DNA of 64,000 bases from the NCBI GenBank assembly GCA_018650645.1, contig JABIFP010000025.1:7976-71975 (forward strand), given 5' to 3'. Of the stretch, positions 43,167 through 52,950 are shown in pieces (the stretch's first letter is position 1; every line of letters starts with the position of its first letter). A model generated the notes under the pieces. It did not search any database. It saw only the letters and a program-made list of their open reading frames with translations, and was not told where the DNA came from. The position numbers and the translations under genes were made by a program. The stretch is from Candidatus Magasanikiibacteriota bacterium (GTDB lineage Bacteria; Patescibacteriota; Patescibacteriia; Magasanikbacterales; UBA922).

Positions 43167-43592
43167 ATGGCAAAAGCAATTAAGGCTCAGATCAAATTGC
43201 AGATCAGAGGTGGCGCTGCTAACCCAGCACCTCCAGTTGGTCCAGCTCTTGGTCAACATGGGCTCAACATTCAAGACTTTTGTACGCAGTTCAACAATGC
43301 AACTGCAGACAAACGTGGAGAAGTAGTACCAGTTGTTATCGACGTGTACGACGACAGAACATTTACCTTCATCATGAAGGTTGCGCCAGCAAGCGCACTC
43401 ATCAAGTCTGCTCTTAACCTAAAGAGTGGATCTGGAAATCCTTTGAAAGAAAAAGTTGCAAAGCTTTCTAAAAAACAATTGCAAGAAATCGCAGAAAAGA
43501 AGATGCCAGACCTCAATGCAAATGACATTGAAGCAGCGATGAAAATTATTGCTGGAACAGCACGACAAATGGGAGTTACTATTGAAGAATAA
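43167..43592 (+). CDS. rplK: 50S ribosomal protein uL11
   Basis: [19 protein letters not shown]. Confidence 0.97.
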   Translation: MAKAIKAQIKLQIRGGAANPAPPVGPALGQHGLNIQDFCTQFNNATADKRGEVVPVVIDVYDDRTFTFIMKVAPASALIKSALNLKSGSGNPLKEKVAKLSKKQLQEIAEKKMPDLNANDIEAAMKIIAGTARQMGVTIEE

Positions 43593-43668
43593 ACACTCCG
43601 CACATACAAAACTCGCCTCAATAGGCGAGTTTTGTTATACTTGTGATATATTTTTCTTCGCATAGCAT

Positions 43669-44610
43669 ATGCCATCAGTAGTTTCTCGTATTCACTCGCC
43701 AACAGTCGCTATTATTGGCGCTGGTTTTGTTGGCTCTACCATTGCATATGCGCTCGCTATAAAAAATATCGCTTCAGAATTATTACTGATCGATATAAAT
43801 AAAGACAAACAAGAAGGAGAAGTCATGGACATTTCAGATGCCATGTGTTTTTTAGAAACAGGATGTGTCAGAAGCGCTACATATAAAGAAGCGCGCAAAG
43901 CAGATATCATTATTGTTACCGCTGGGGTCAATCAAAAACCTGGTGATACTCGATTAGATTTATTAGAAAAAAATGCCGGCATCATGCAATCGATTTTTTC
44001 TTCGATTGGAAAGCTGAGTAAAGATACAATTGTTATTGTCGTCTCAAATCCAGTAGATGTTTTAACGCAGCTTATTACCAAACTTACCAAGCTTCCAGCC
44101 GGACAAGTATTTGGTACAGGAACAACGCTTGATAGCGCACGACTCACATCGATTGTAGGACAGGAACTTGGAGTAAGTCCACAAAGTGTTCGTGGATTTG
44201 TATTAGGCGAACACGGCAACTCACAATTTGTTGCATGGAGCACGGTAACTATTGGCGGCGTACCTGCAAAAGATATTAAGGCGCTTAACGCTAAAGTAAA
44301 AAAGCGCATTGAAAAACGCGTGAAGCAAGAAGCCTATACTATTATTGAAAAAAAGGGAGCAACGTATTACGGCATCGGTCTTACTGTGGCAGACATTGTA
44401 GAAGCTGTCCTCTTTGATCAAAAAAAGATTATGCCAATTTCAGCGCCGCTAAAAAAATGGAATGGGGTGTCTGGAACATCGCTTGGATCCCCGCACGTGG
44501 TAGGAAGAAATGGGGCGGAAAGACAATGGCCAATGACACTTCCACCGCAAGAAAAAAAACAATTTGTGGCTTCAGCAAAATTGCTTCAATCAATGTATAA
44601 CTCGCTATGA
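43669..44610 (+). CDS. ldh: L-lactate dehydrogenase (LDH/MDH family)
   Basis: GAGFVG, QKPGDTRLDL (Gln = LDH type), SNPVD, LDSAR, GEHG, KGATYYGI. Confidence 0.88.
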   Translation: MPSVVSRIHSPTVAIIGAGFVGSTIAYALAIKNIASELLLIDINKDKQEGEVMDISDAMCFLETGCVRSATYKEARKADIIIVTAGVNQKPGDTRLDLLEKNAGIMQSIFSSIGKLSKDTIVIVVSNPVDVLTQLITKLTKLPAGQVFGTGTTLDSARLTSIVGQELGVSPQSVRGFVLGEHGNSQFVAWSTVTIGGVPAKDIKALNAKVKKRIEKRVKQEAYTIIEKKGATYYGIGLTVADIVEAVLFDQKKIMPISAPLKKWNGVSGTSLGSPHVVGRNGAERQWPMTLPPQEKKQFVASAKLLQSMYNSL

Positions 44611-45470
44611 AATACCTGAAATACACCGCACTGTTTGCTAGTCTTTTGCTGGTGTTTGGATTTGGATGCTCATCAAAGACGCCCGCAGAAACACGCGTTG
44701 CGCAAAATGATGACATTGTTTCAAGCACGCCAATGCAAGAAGCATATTTGTTTTGTACAACACAAGGATACTCGGTTCACATTGAACGTTCTGCGGAATC
44801 TTTAAGTGGACATGTGTATTGTCAGTTTGACGAGGCGCGCAGTTGCCCAGCATTTGAATTCCTTTCTGGCGATTGTGATGTAGAAAATGCTGACGGTCAA
44901 TTACCAGCAGAAACAGCCGCAATTATTGATGAATCAGATCTTTCTATTTCTACTGGGCCAAGATTTTGCCCATCCGTTGCGGAACCGGTGTGTGGAGAAG
45001 ACAGCCGCACGTATGTAAATGATTGTGTAGCAGAACTGCAAGGCGTAGAAATTATTCATGAAGGTGCTTGTGAAAATCCGGTGATTTTAGACGACCCGGC
45101 ATCAGAAACTGACGCATCCGGAAGAAAAAGACGAACAGTTCGGAGTACAAATACATCCAGAAAGACTTCTAGCGGCAGTTCTTCATCAGGATCAACCAGC
45201 CAGTCTACTGACCGAGAGGTCACTCCTGAATCCCCAGATTGGATTGATAGCTTAATTGCTTTACTCCGAGCTGATGCGTCACTCAGCACGGCATCTATTG
45301 ATAGCTGCAAAGCTGGAAGCCGTACGTATTACCTGCAACGAGGAAATTTCTCTGCGCTGTACGATACACGAGGGCAAGTAATTTGTTACCCTGGTAGAGA
45401 CGTGCATGACACATGTCCGGAAAGTTACCGAGATGGCGAATTCAGGTGTCAGGAGATTTGGAAAAAATAG
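44607..45470 (+). CDS. Cys-rich lipoprotein with DUF333-like and Kazal domains
   Basis: Lipobox GFGC; CPSVAEPVCGEDSRTYVNDC..EGAC. Confidence 0.75.
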   Translation: MKYLKYTALFASLLLVFGFGCSSKTPAETRVAQNDDIVSSTPMQEAYLFCTTQGYSVHIERSAESLSGHVYCQFDEARSCPAFEFLSGDCDVENADGQLPAETAAIIDESDLSISTGPRFCPSVAEPVCGEDSRTYVNDCVAELQGVEIIHEGACENPVILDDPASETDASGRKRRTVRSTNTSRKTSSGSSSSGSTSQSTDREVTPESPDWIDSLIALLRADASLSTASIDSCKAGSRTYYLQRGNFSALYDTRGQVICYPGRDVHDTCPESYRDGEFRCQEIWKK

Positions 45471-45601
45471 CATACAAAAGAAAAGAATCGCCAATGGCGA
45501 TTCTTTTTATATACAAAAAAGCCGCACCAAGGTAACGAGCTTTCTCGTCCGCTTGTGTGCGGCGGTGCACGCGGTTGCATGCGTCCCTCCTTGTTGTGTG
45601 G

Positions 45602-45928
45602 TCAGCCCGGGGGGCCGATGATGATGATCTTGGGAGCAAAGCCGAACCTCTGTCCCGGGTGTCCCAGGATGACTCCACGACTGCCTTCCAAGGTGTCTTG
45701 GACAAACCAGCTCTTGGGGTCACGAAGCTCAAGCTCGCTGACACCCCAGTTCAAGATCAGACCGGTAGCCCCCTCTTCGACCCAATCAAGCCGCTGCTGG
45801 TGCCACGTACTCACATCCTCCGGCGGATAGTAGCGATTCGTGACAAGATCAATGCCAACATGTATCCCGCCATGACGGAAACATACCGTGCCCCCTACGA
45901 AGCGCTTCAACATCTCGAGTGTAACCAT
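45602..45928 (-). CDS. GC-rich cassette 7, ORF b, hypothetical
   Basis: SD GAGGAGG; directly downstream of ORF a. Confidence 0.55.
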   Translation of the reverse strand: MVTLEMLKRFVGGTVCFRHGGIHVGIDLVTNRYYPPEDVSTWHQQRLDWVEEGATGLILNWGVSELELRDPKSWFVQDTLEGSRGVILGHPGQRFGFAPKIIIIGPPG

Positions 45929-45939
45929 CTACCCCTCCT

Positions 45940-46299
45940 CTACTGGTATTCGCACTGATCTCGCAGCGCTTGCCACTGAGTAAACGGCGGTTTCCAGATC
46001 TGGATACGCCGTACGACCAACCGTTTGAGATGGTCTGCGTCGTCCAGCTCGATTCTTCCGCCCTGCTCATGCAGCTTGCAAGAATCCATCAGGATATACG
46101 AGCCGTAGCGATCCGTGGCGACCCGCACAACTCGATACACCCGCACCTCAGCACTAAAAGCCTCTGTCCGAACCGAGACAAAATCCCCGATCTGGAGCAG
46201 GCTCAGCGCAGCGCTCAGTGCGGGCACCGAATCCGGCCGCTGCTGCGCAGAGGCGGTAACCGTCAGCAGAAGAGACACCAAAATCCACAGAACCTTCAT
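45940..46299 (-). CDS. GC-rich cassette 7, ORF a, secreted hypothetical
   Basis: MKVLWILVSLLLTVTASA signal; SD GGGAGG; TTGAAA-17-TACAAC. Confidence 0.65.
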   Translation of the reverse strand: MKVLWILVSLLLTVTASAQQRPDSVPALSAALSLLQIGDFVSVRTEAFSAEVRVYRVVRVATDRYGSYILMDSCKLHEQGGRIELDDADHLKRLVVRRIQIWKPPFTQWQALRDQCEYQ

Positions 46300-46428
46300 A
46301 TTGACCTCCCAGTCAGTTTTTGCGATATCTGCTCTAGTTGTAGCATACATTCCCAAATATTTCAATACCAGCGCCCCTCATATTGACAAAATCGCCATAA
46401 TATAATAGTATACGCCCACTTAATACAT

Positions 46429-46460
46429 GTGGGACTTCCGTCTAGGAAGGCTATCACCAC
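46429..46460 (+). promoter_or_regulatory. L1-binding autoregulatory leader before rplA
   Basis: GTGGGA-cttcc-gtcta-ggaag-GCTATCACCAC, 14 nt before ATG. Confidence 0.7.
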
Positions 46461-46474
46461 GTAACCCTATTGCT

Positions 46475-47155
46475 ATGAGCAAGAGAATGAACGAAGCAAA
46501 CGCACAAGTTGAAGCAATTCGCGTATACTCACTTACTGAAGCTGTAGAACTTGTAAAGAAAACAAGCACAGTAAAGTTTGATGCTTCTGTAGAAGTACAT
46601 GTACGACTTGGAATCAACACCAAAAAAGGTGACCAACAAGTACGATCAACTGTGGTTCTTCCACACGGAACAGGAAAAACGAAACGCGTTGCAGCATTTG
46701 TTGCACCGAATGATGAAGAAGCTGCAAAAGCAGCAGGAGCGGACTTGGTACTTGGAGAAGAAGAAATCAAGACATTAAAAACAACAGGAAAAATCGATTT
46801 TGATGTAGCCGTTGCTACACCAGAAATGATGCCAAAGATTGCAGTAGCAGCAAGAGTGCTTGGACCCCGTGGTCTTATGCCAAATCCAAAAACTGATACT
46901 GTAGGAAAAGATTTTGCAAAAATGATTGGTGACCTGAAAAAAGGAAAAGCTGCATTTAAAAATGATGACACAGCAAATGTGCATCAGCTCGTTGGAAAAG
47001 TAAGTTTTTCTGAAGAGCAACTTGTAGAAAACATCACCGCATTCATGGATGCACTGAAAAAAGTAAAACCAGCAACAATGAAAGGAGTTTACTTCAAGTC
47101 ACTCACACTTACGAGTGCTATGGGACCTGGAGTAAAATTCTCTGTAGACGCGTAA
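46475..47155 (+). CDS. rplA: 50S ribosomal protein uL1
   Basis: KFDASVE, LPHGTGK, LGPRGLMPNPK; ATG 46475. Confidence 0.97.
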   Translation: MSKRMNEANAQVEAIRVYSLTEAVELVKKTSTVKFDASVEVHVRLGINTKKGDQQVRSTVVLPHGTGKTKRVAAFVAPNDEEAAKAAGADLVLGEEEIKTLKTTGKIDFDVAVATPEMMPKIAVAARVLGPRGLMPNPKTDTVGKDFAKMIGDLKKGKAAFKNDDTANVHQLVGKVSFSEEQLVENITAFMDALKKVKPATMKGVYFKSLTLTSAMGPGVKFSVDA

Positions 47156-47165
47156 TACCGTTTAC

Positions 47166-47663
47166 AAACAAAAACAGCGCATACATGCGCTGTTTTTGTT
47201 TTTCTCCAACGCAGCTAAGAAGCGTTGTTGGGGTTTGTGGTGCCTCTACCCGATCTGACTCCTTCAGGTCTCTGCGTCTTGAGGCGAGATAGAATACACG
47301 GAAACACCAATTCCCTCTTTCTGAATCTTCTGCGCGTCCACCAACTCCTCAAGCGCAAACCTGACAGCTGCCAAATTACATGCTGGCAGCGCAGCAAGAA
47401 TTGCTGCGGAAGCAAGAGGCCTCTCACTGCGCTCGAGAACCCTGAGTACGCGTTGACGCACCCTATGCCCAGCCCAGCTTGTCATGGCACCAAACAGCAA
47501 GAACAGCAGCATGACCCCAGCCATCACATACATGATCATGAATATCCCACCCATTTTGTACTGGCTGAAATTACCAAATGCAGAAGGTATTGTCAATGCT
47601 ACCCACTATCCCGAGTGAATCTAACGAAAACAAAAACAGCGCATGTATGCGCTGTTTTTGTTT
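47166..47663. repeat. 37-bp perfect inverted repeat pair (47166-47202 and 47627-47663); each copy is a terminator palindrome
   Basis: aaacaaaaacagcgcatACatgcgctgtttttgtttt and its exact reverse complement. Confidence 0.85.
47264..47539 (-). CDS. Cassette ORF 8, TM plus wHTH-like small protein
   Basis: TM then RVLRVLE..RPLASAAI..VRFALEELV; TTGACA-17-TAATTT; SD-like GGTGGG. Confidence 0.55.
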   Translation of the reverse strand: MIMYVMAGVMLLFLLFGAMTSWAGHRVRQRVLRVLERSERPLASAAILAALPACNLAAVRFALEELVDAQKIQKEGIGVSVYSISPQDAET

Positions 47664-47672
47664 TCTGCATGA

Positions 47673-48950
47673 TTACTCAGCAGCTTCTTCTTTTGCCTCT
47701 TCTTCCTTAGGAGCCTCCTCTACCTTTGGCGCTTCTTCCGCCTTAGGTGATTCTTCTTCCTTAGGTTCTTCTTCAACTTTTGGCTCCTCTTCTTTTGGTG
47801 CCTCTTCTACCTTAGGTTCTTCTGCTTTTGGCGCTTCTTCAGTAGACTTTTCAGCCTTCTTCTTAAGTCCACCAAGGCGAAGTCCCAATCGGTGCTCTGC
47901 AGCATCAATGTTGAGAATTTCAAATGTTGTTTTTTGTCCAAGAGTGAACATATCTTCAAGTTCTTTCACGTCGCGAATTGCTCGGTTTGAAACTTCAGAA
48001 ATGTGCGCAAGCCCATGAATATCTTCATCAAGCTTTACCATCAAACCAAATGGTTCGATTTTGTGGATTTCTCCTTCCACTTCTTGTCCAATTTTGTATG
48101 TTTCTTTCACACTCTTCCATGGATCGTCTACAAGACGCTTCATTGAAAGATAGATTTTTGATTTGTTGAGATCAATAATTTGCGCTTTTACGTTGTCACC
48201 AACCTTGAGCACATCTTTTGGATGATCAATTCGTTGCCAAACAATCTCTGAGATATGGATAAGTCCTTCAAGACCTTGTCCAAATTTCATGAACGCACCA
48301 AAACTGGTAAGCGCACTGATTTGTCCTTCAACAATATCTCCAATAGAGTATGAGTCAAGTACCGCTTTTTGATCGTCTTCCCAAACAGCCTTTTCTGACA
48401 CAATCAATTTTTCATCTTGTTCGTTGAGGTCAAGAACTTTTACATCCATTCCCATTCCAACAAAACTGCGGAGGTGTTCTAAAATACGATTTTTGTCACC
48501 ACCTTGTACACGAGGGTAATGTTCTGGAGCAAGTTGACTTACTGGCATAAATCCTACCAATGCGTCTACCTTGATCATCAAACCACCCTTGTTGGCAGCA
48601 ATAACTTTTCCTTTCACAACAAGTTCATCATCACAATACTTTTGCATTGTTTTCCAAACGCGTTGTTGTCCAGCAATACGGAATGATAATTCCATTTCAC
48701 CAGTTTCGTTTTCTTGTTCAACTACTGTTGCTTCAACAGCGTCTCCAACGTTAATGTCAGAATATTCACTTGATTCTGAAAACAGTTCATATCCACGGAC
48801 AAGTCCAGTGATAAGTCCATTTACATCAAGTCGAACGGCTCCGTTATCAATAGAGATAACTGTTCCGCTTACCAACTCTCCAACCTTTGGAAGTTGTGCA
48901 AAATAATCTTCTAACAGCGTTGCAAAGTCGCTTTGTGTTGTATTTGCCAT
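47673..48950 (-). CDS. rpsA: 30S ribosomal protein bS1 (4 S1 domains) with repetitive acidic tail
   Basis: NKGGL, GFMPVSQ, FGAF, GLIHISE, GLAHISE; tail of PKxEE repeats. Confidence 0.92.
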   Translation of the reverse strand: MANTTQSDFATLLEDYFAQLPKVGELVSGTVISIDNGAVRLDVNGLITGLVRGYELFSESSEYSDINVGDAVEATVVEQENETGEMELSFRIAGQQRVWKTMQKYCDDELVVKGKVIAANKGGLMIKVDALVGFMPVSQLAPEHYPRVQGGDKNRILEHLRSFVGMGMDVKVLDLNEQDEKLIVSEKAVWEDDQKAVLDSYSIGDIVEGQISALTSFGAFMKFGQGLEGLIHISEIVWQRIDHPKDVLKVGDNVKAQIIDLNKSKIYLSMKRLVDDPWKSVKETYKIGQEVEGEIHKIEPFGLMVKLDEDIHGLAHISEVSNRAIRDVKELEDMFTLGQKTTFEILNIDAAEHRLGLRLGGLKKKAEKSTEEAPKAEEPKVEEAPKEEEPKVEEEPKEEESPKAEEAPKVEEAPKEEEAKEEAAE

Positions 48951-49215
48951 AAGCAATTACGATTTAACCCAGTTTTTTAGCTGAGCCTGGCCAAAAAGCC
49001 AGTTATTTAACGTGGGCGCATTATATCAGCAGCTTCTGAAAAAAGCAAGCCCCCCGCTGGGGATTGCCGGACCCTCCATTTTTAGCTTGAAATAGCACTA
49101 AATGAGGGTGATTTGCCCTCTATAAATCCCTTGCGCACCCCATCGTAATACGCTATAATAGCTTGGCAACGAATGCATTTCAGATGCACCGTATTAATCT
49201 TGTTATAACGCGAAT

Positions 49216-49830
49216 ATGCATATCTCATGGCTCGGAAACACGGCTGTAAAGATTCAAGAAAAGATTGGAGGAAAGGACGTCACCCTAGTCATCGATCCGT
49301 ATAAACCAGAGGTTGGGACCTTTCCACGGAGTTTAACAGCAGATATTGCTCTCTATACCCGCGGATCTAAAGGATCTGTCACTATCTCAGGGAACCCATT
49401 TACCCTAGACCACGCCGGAGAATGTGAGACACACGGCATCCTTATCACCGCTCCTCCTGCAGAAGCAAAGGGAGAGGCGCTTCTACGTATAGATGTAGAC
49501 CGTCTTTCGGTTGGGCATCTTGGAATGAGTAACACGCCGCTTACAGACCAGCAAATCGATATGCTTGGTAATATTGATATTCTGCTAGTACCAACGGGAG
49601 GCACCGATTGCTACGCGCCTGATCAGGCAAAGAAAGCAATACAACTCATTGAGCCTTCGATTGTTATCCCAATGGCCTATAAATGCGACACAGATCCAAA
49701 AGCAATGCCGGTTGAAGACTTCCTAAAAGTCATTGGTACGGTCCCAGAACAACACGAAAAGAAAGTTATCATCAAGAAAAAGGATATAAATGCTGAAGAA
49801 ATGAAAGTGTTTGTCCTCTCAAAAGAGTAA
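49216..49830 (+). CDS. MBL-fold protein with degenerate metal site
   Basis: MHISWLG, LVIDPY, IDILLVPTGG, PSIVIPM; HxHxDH absent. Confidence 0.7.
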   Translation: MHISWLGNTAVKIQEKIGGKDVTLVIDPYKPEVGTFPRSLTADIALYTRGSKGSVTISGNPFTLDHAGECETHGILITAPPAEAKGEALLRIDVDRLSVGHLGMSNTPLTDQQIDMLGNIDILLVPTGGTDCYAPDQAKKAIQLIEPSIVIPMAYKCDTDPKAMPVEDFLKVIGTVPEQHEKKVIIKKKDINAEEMKVFVLSKE

Positions 49831-49839
49831 TCACCCCCT

Positions 49840-50331
49840 ATGGCAAAAAAGCGCCTTTCAAAACAAGACAAAGAGCATATTCGAGCTGCGGCTGCGAATA
49901 TTCCTGACCTTCTTGCAAAAGAAACGCGCGCACACACGCACAAAAAAGTGCCATATCACTCTGCACACTACCAAAAAAGAAAAAAACTTATGCTGTTTGC
50001 TGTACTTATTCTCAGTATTGGCCTTCTCGGTATTTGGGGATTAAGCATGCAATCAAAGTTTTACGATTATAAAACGGCAGACAAAACAGAAAAGGCAATG
50101 TTTGATGAAGCACGCAAAGATATTGGAGAAATTTTTGCAACGCTCCAAGAACAAGATGCTGCAAAAGAGGCAGCCGCAGCGGCGGCGAGTAGTTCTGTGC
50201 AAGCAGTCGTTACATCAACACCAGCAACCTCCACTAAAAATATTTCATCGTTTTTTTCTGATGTTGCAGCGGCTATTACATCAACAACCGCAACAAGCAC
50301 AAAAAAAACAAGTACAACCACCGTTGAGTAA
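49840..50331 (+). CDS. Hypothetical membrane protein with Ser/Thr-rich tail
   Basis: One TM; in operon position before gyrA. Confidence 0.65.
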   Translation: MAKKRLSKQDKEHIRAAAANIPDLLAKETRAHTHKKVPYHSAHYQKRKKLMLFAVLILSIGLLGIWGLSMQSKFYDYKTADKTEKAMFDEARKDIGEIFATLQEQDAAKEAAAAAASSSVQAVVTSTPATSTKNISSFFSDVAAAITSTTATSTKKTSTTTVE

Positions 50332-50411
50332 TAATGTAGCGGCCATTCGCGTGGCTGTCCATTACTTCTGAACAAGAAGCATAGAATTATTTGTCAGTAT
50401 TTATTGAACGT

Positions 50412-52889
50412 ATGCCAACAAGCACCAAGCAAGGAAAGCTGATTGAAAATCCAGGAGATAAAAATCTTATACCAATTCAGTTGGTTGATGAAATGAAAGC
50501 GTCGTATCTTGATTATGCCATGAGTGTTATCGTTGCTCGTGCTCTTCCCGATGTTCGCGACGGACTCAAGCCCGTACATAGAAGAATTTTGTACGCGATG
50601 TGGAAAATTGGACTAAAGCACAACGCAAAGTTTAGAAAATCAGCCCACGTGGTTGGTGAAGTGATGGCAAAATACCATCCGCACGGAGACAGCGCAATTT
50701 ACGACTCTATGGTACGTATGGCGCAAGACTTCGCCATGAGAAATCCACTTGTAAAAGGACAAGGAAACTTCGGTTCCATGGATGGAGACAATGCCGCTGC
50801 GATGCGTTATACGGAAGCGAAACTGCAAGCGATTACAGAAGAATTACTCTCTGATATTGAAAAAAATACCGTTGATTTTGTAGCCAACTACGACGGGTCT
50901 TCTCATGAGCCGCGTGTACTACCAAGTAAACTCCCTAACCTTCTCTTAAACGGAAGTATGGGTATTGCGGTTGGTATGGCAACAAACATTCCACCACATA
51001 ATCTTGGAGAACTGTGTGATGGGATTATTCATCTTATTGAAAATCCAAAAGCAGAGACTGAGGACTTAATGGAATTCATTAAAGGACCTGACTTCCCTAC
51101 CGGAGGGCTTGTTTACAACAAACAAGACATTGCTACAGCATTTGCAACAGGACGCGGTGGAATGGTGATGCGTGGAAAAGCAACTATTGAAGAAGTGAAC
51201 AATAAATATCGTATTGTTATTACGGAAGTTCCGTATCAAGTAAACAAAGCAACGTTTATTGAAAAAATTGCTCGACTTGTACAAGAAAAAAAGATTGTTG
51301 GTATCCGCGATTTACGTGATGAGTCTAATAAAGATGGTGTACGCGTAGTTGCAGAACTAAAAAAAGATGCGTACCCACAAAAGGTACTCAACAAATTGTA
51401 CAAACTTACGGATTTACAAAAAACGTTCCATGTAAATTTGATTGCGCTTATTGATGGTATTCAACCACGACTTCTAAATCTAAAAATTGTTTTAGAAGAG
51501 CACGTCAAACACAGAAAAGAAGTTATTCGCAGAAGAACACAATTCGATTTAGATAAAGCTGCAGAGCGCGCGCACATTTTGGAAGGATTAAAGATGGCGC
51601 TTGATAAAATCGATTTAGTTATTGCAACAATTAGAAAATCAAAAGATAAAGAAGAAGCAAAAGCGAACTTGATGAAACAATTCAAGTTCACAGAAAGACA
51701 AACCGTGGCAATTTTAGAAATGAAGTTGCAACAACTTGCGAATTTGGAAAGAAAGAAAATTGAAAACGAACTTGCAGCACTGGTTACGCTCATTAAAGAG
51801 TTAAAAGCGATTCTTGCAAGTGACAAAAAGATTCTAGAAATTATTAAAACAGAAATTGCAGAAACAAAAGCAAAGTATGCTGAACCGCGAAGAACAAAAG
51901 TGATTGCCCGCGGTGTAAAAGATTTCTCTTTGGAAGATTTGATTCCAAACGAGCCAACAATTATCATGGCAACAAAGGGTGGATATATTAAACGACTCCC
52001 AATCGATACATTCAAAGCCCAAGCACGCGGAGGAAAGGGTGTTATTGGACTCACCACCAAACAAGAAGATGTGGTAGAGCATTTGCGTTCTACAAATACA
52101 CATGACAACATGCTCTTCTTCACAAATCGTGGACGAGTATTCCAATTACGCGCGTATGACATTCCAGAAGCAAGTCGCACCAGTAAAGGACAGGCGCTTG
52201 TGAACTTCTTGCAACTCGCGCCAAATGAACAAGTAAATGCCATTCTTTCTATGGCTGATATGGGCAAATATGAATACTTGGTCATGGTTACCAATAAAGG
52301 AACCATTAAAAAGACCAAGATTGAAGACTTTAAGAACGTTCGTCGTTCAGGACTCATTGCCCTTAAACTGAAGAGTGATGACAACTTGCAATGGGTGCGC
52401 CCATCAACAGGAAAGGACCACATTATGTTGGTTACTTCCCTTGGGCAAGCTATCCGCTTTAAAGAAGAAGGTGTGCGAGCAATGGGTAGAACAGCAGCAG
52501 GTGTTCGTGGAATAAAACTCAAGAGTAGCGACGAAATTGTTGGTATGGGTATTGTTCAACCAAAACTGCTTAAGCAAAAAGTATTAGAACTCCTCGTCAT
52601 TTCTGAAAAAGGACTTGGAAAACGAACTGATGTAATTGAATACAAAGTGCAAGGAAGAGGTGGAAGTGGTATTAAAACCATGAACATCACTGATAAAACT
52701 GGAAAAATTATCAATGCACGAATTGTGAACAATTCAGAAGAGCGTGATGTACTACTGATCTCAAAAAATGGGCAGGTAGTGCGCACATCTATCAAGTCTG
52801 TTTCAAGACTTGGCCGAGCAACGCAAGGTGTTCGCGTTATGCGGTTCAAAAAAGATAATGATTCTGTTGTAAGTATTGCAATCATGTAA
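50412..52889 (+). CDS. gyrA: DNA gyrase subunit A
   Basis: [22 protein letters not shown], GyrA-box QARGGKG. Confidence 0.97.
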   Translation: MPTSTKQGKLIENPGDKNLIPIQLVDEMKASYLDYAMSVIVARALPDVRDGLKPVHRRILYAMWKIGLKHNAKFRKSAHVVGEVMAKYHPHGDSAIYDSMVRMAQDFAMRNPLVKGQGNFGSMDGDNAAAMRYTEAKLQAITEELLSDIEKNTVDFVANYDGSSHEPRVLPSKLPNLLLNGSMGIAVGMATNIPPHNLGELCDGIIHLIENPKAETEDLMEFIKGPDFPTGGLVYNKQDIATAFATGRGGMVMRGKATIEEVNNKYRIVITEVPYQVNKATFIEKIARLVQEKKIVGIRDLRDESNKDGVRVVAELKKDAYPQKVLNKLYKLTDLQKTFHVNLIALIDGIQPRLLNLKIVLEEHVKHRKEVIRRRTQFDLDKAAERAHILEGLKMALDKIDLVIATIRKSKDKEEAKANLMKQFKFTERQTVAILEMKLQQLANLERKKIENELAALVTLIKELKAILASDKKILEIIKTEIAETKAKYAEPRRTKVIARGVKDFSLEDLIPNEPTIIMATKGGYIKRLPIDTFKAQARGGKGVIGLTTKQEDVVEHLRSTNTHDNMLFFTNRGRVFQLRAYDIPEASRTSKGQALVNFLQLAPNEQVNAILSMADMGKYEYLVMVTNKGTIKKTKIEDFKNVRRSGLIALKLKSDDNLQWVRPSTGKDHIMLVTSLGQAIRFKEEGVRAMGRTAAGVRGIKLKSSDEIVGMGIVQPKLLKQKVLELLVISEKGLGKRTDVIEYKVQGRGGSGIKTMNITDKTGKIINARIVNNSEERDVLLISKNGQVVRTSIKSVSRLGRATQGVRVMRFKKDNDSVVSIAIM

Positions 52890-52910
52890 TGCGAGCAACA
52901 ATAGACAAAC

Positions 52911-52937
52911 AAAAAAAGCGCGTTATGCGCTTTTTTT
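52911..52937. terminator. Bidirectional terminator
   Basis: aaaaaaagcgc-gttat-gcgcttttttt. Confidence 0.8.
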
Positions 52938-52950
52938 GTTTGGTATGGGT

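Noticed and set aside
51461-52522. 353-aa antisense ORF and many other shadow ORFs in the track
   Set aside because: They overlap unambiguous genes (gyrA, gyrB, rplA, ileS, pepA) and have no motifs.
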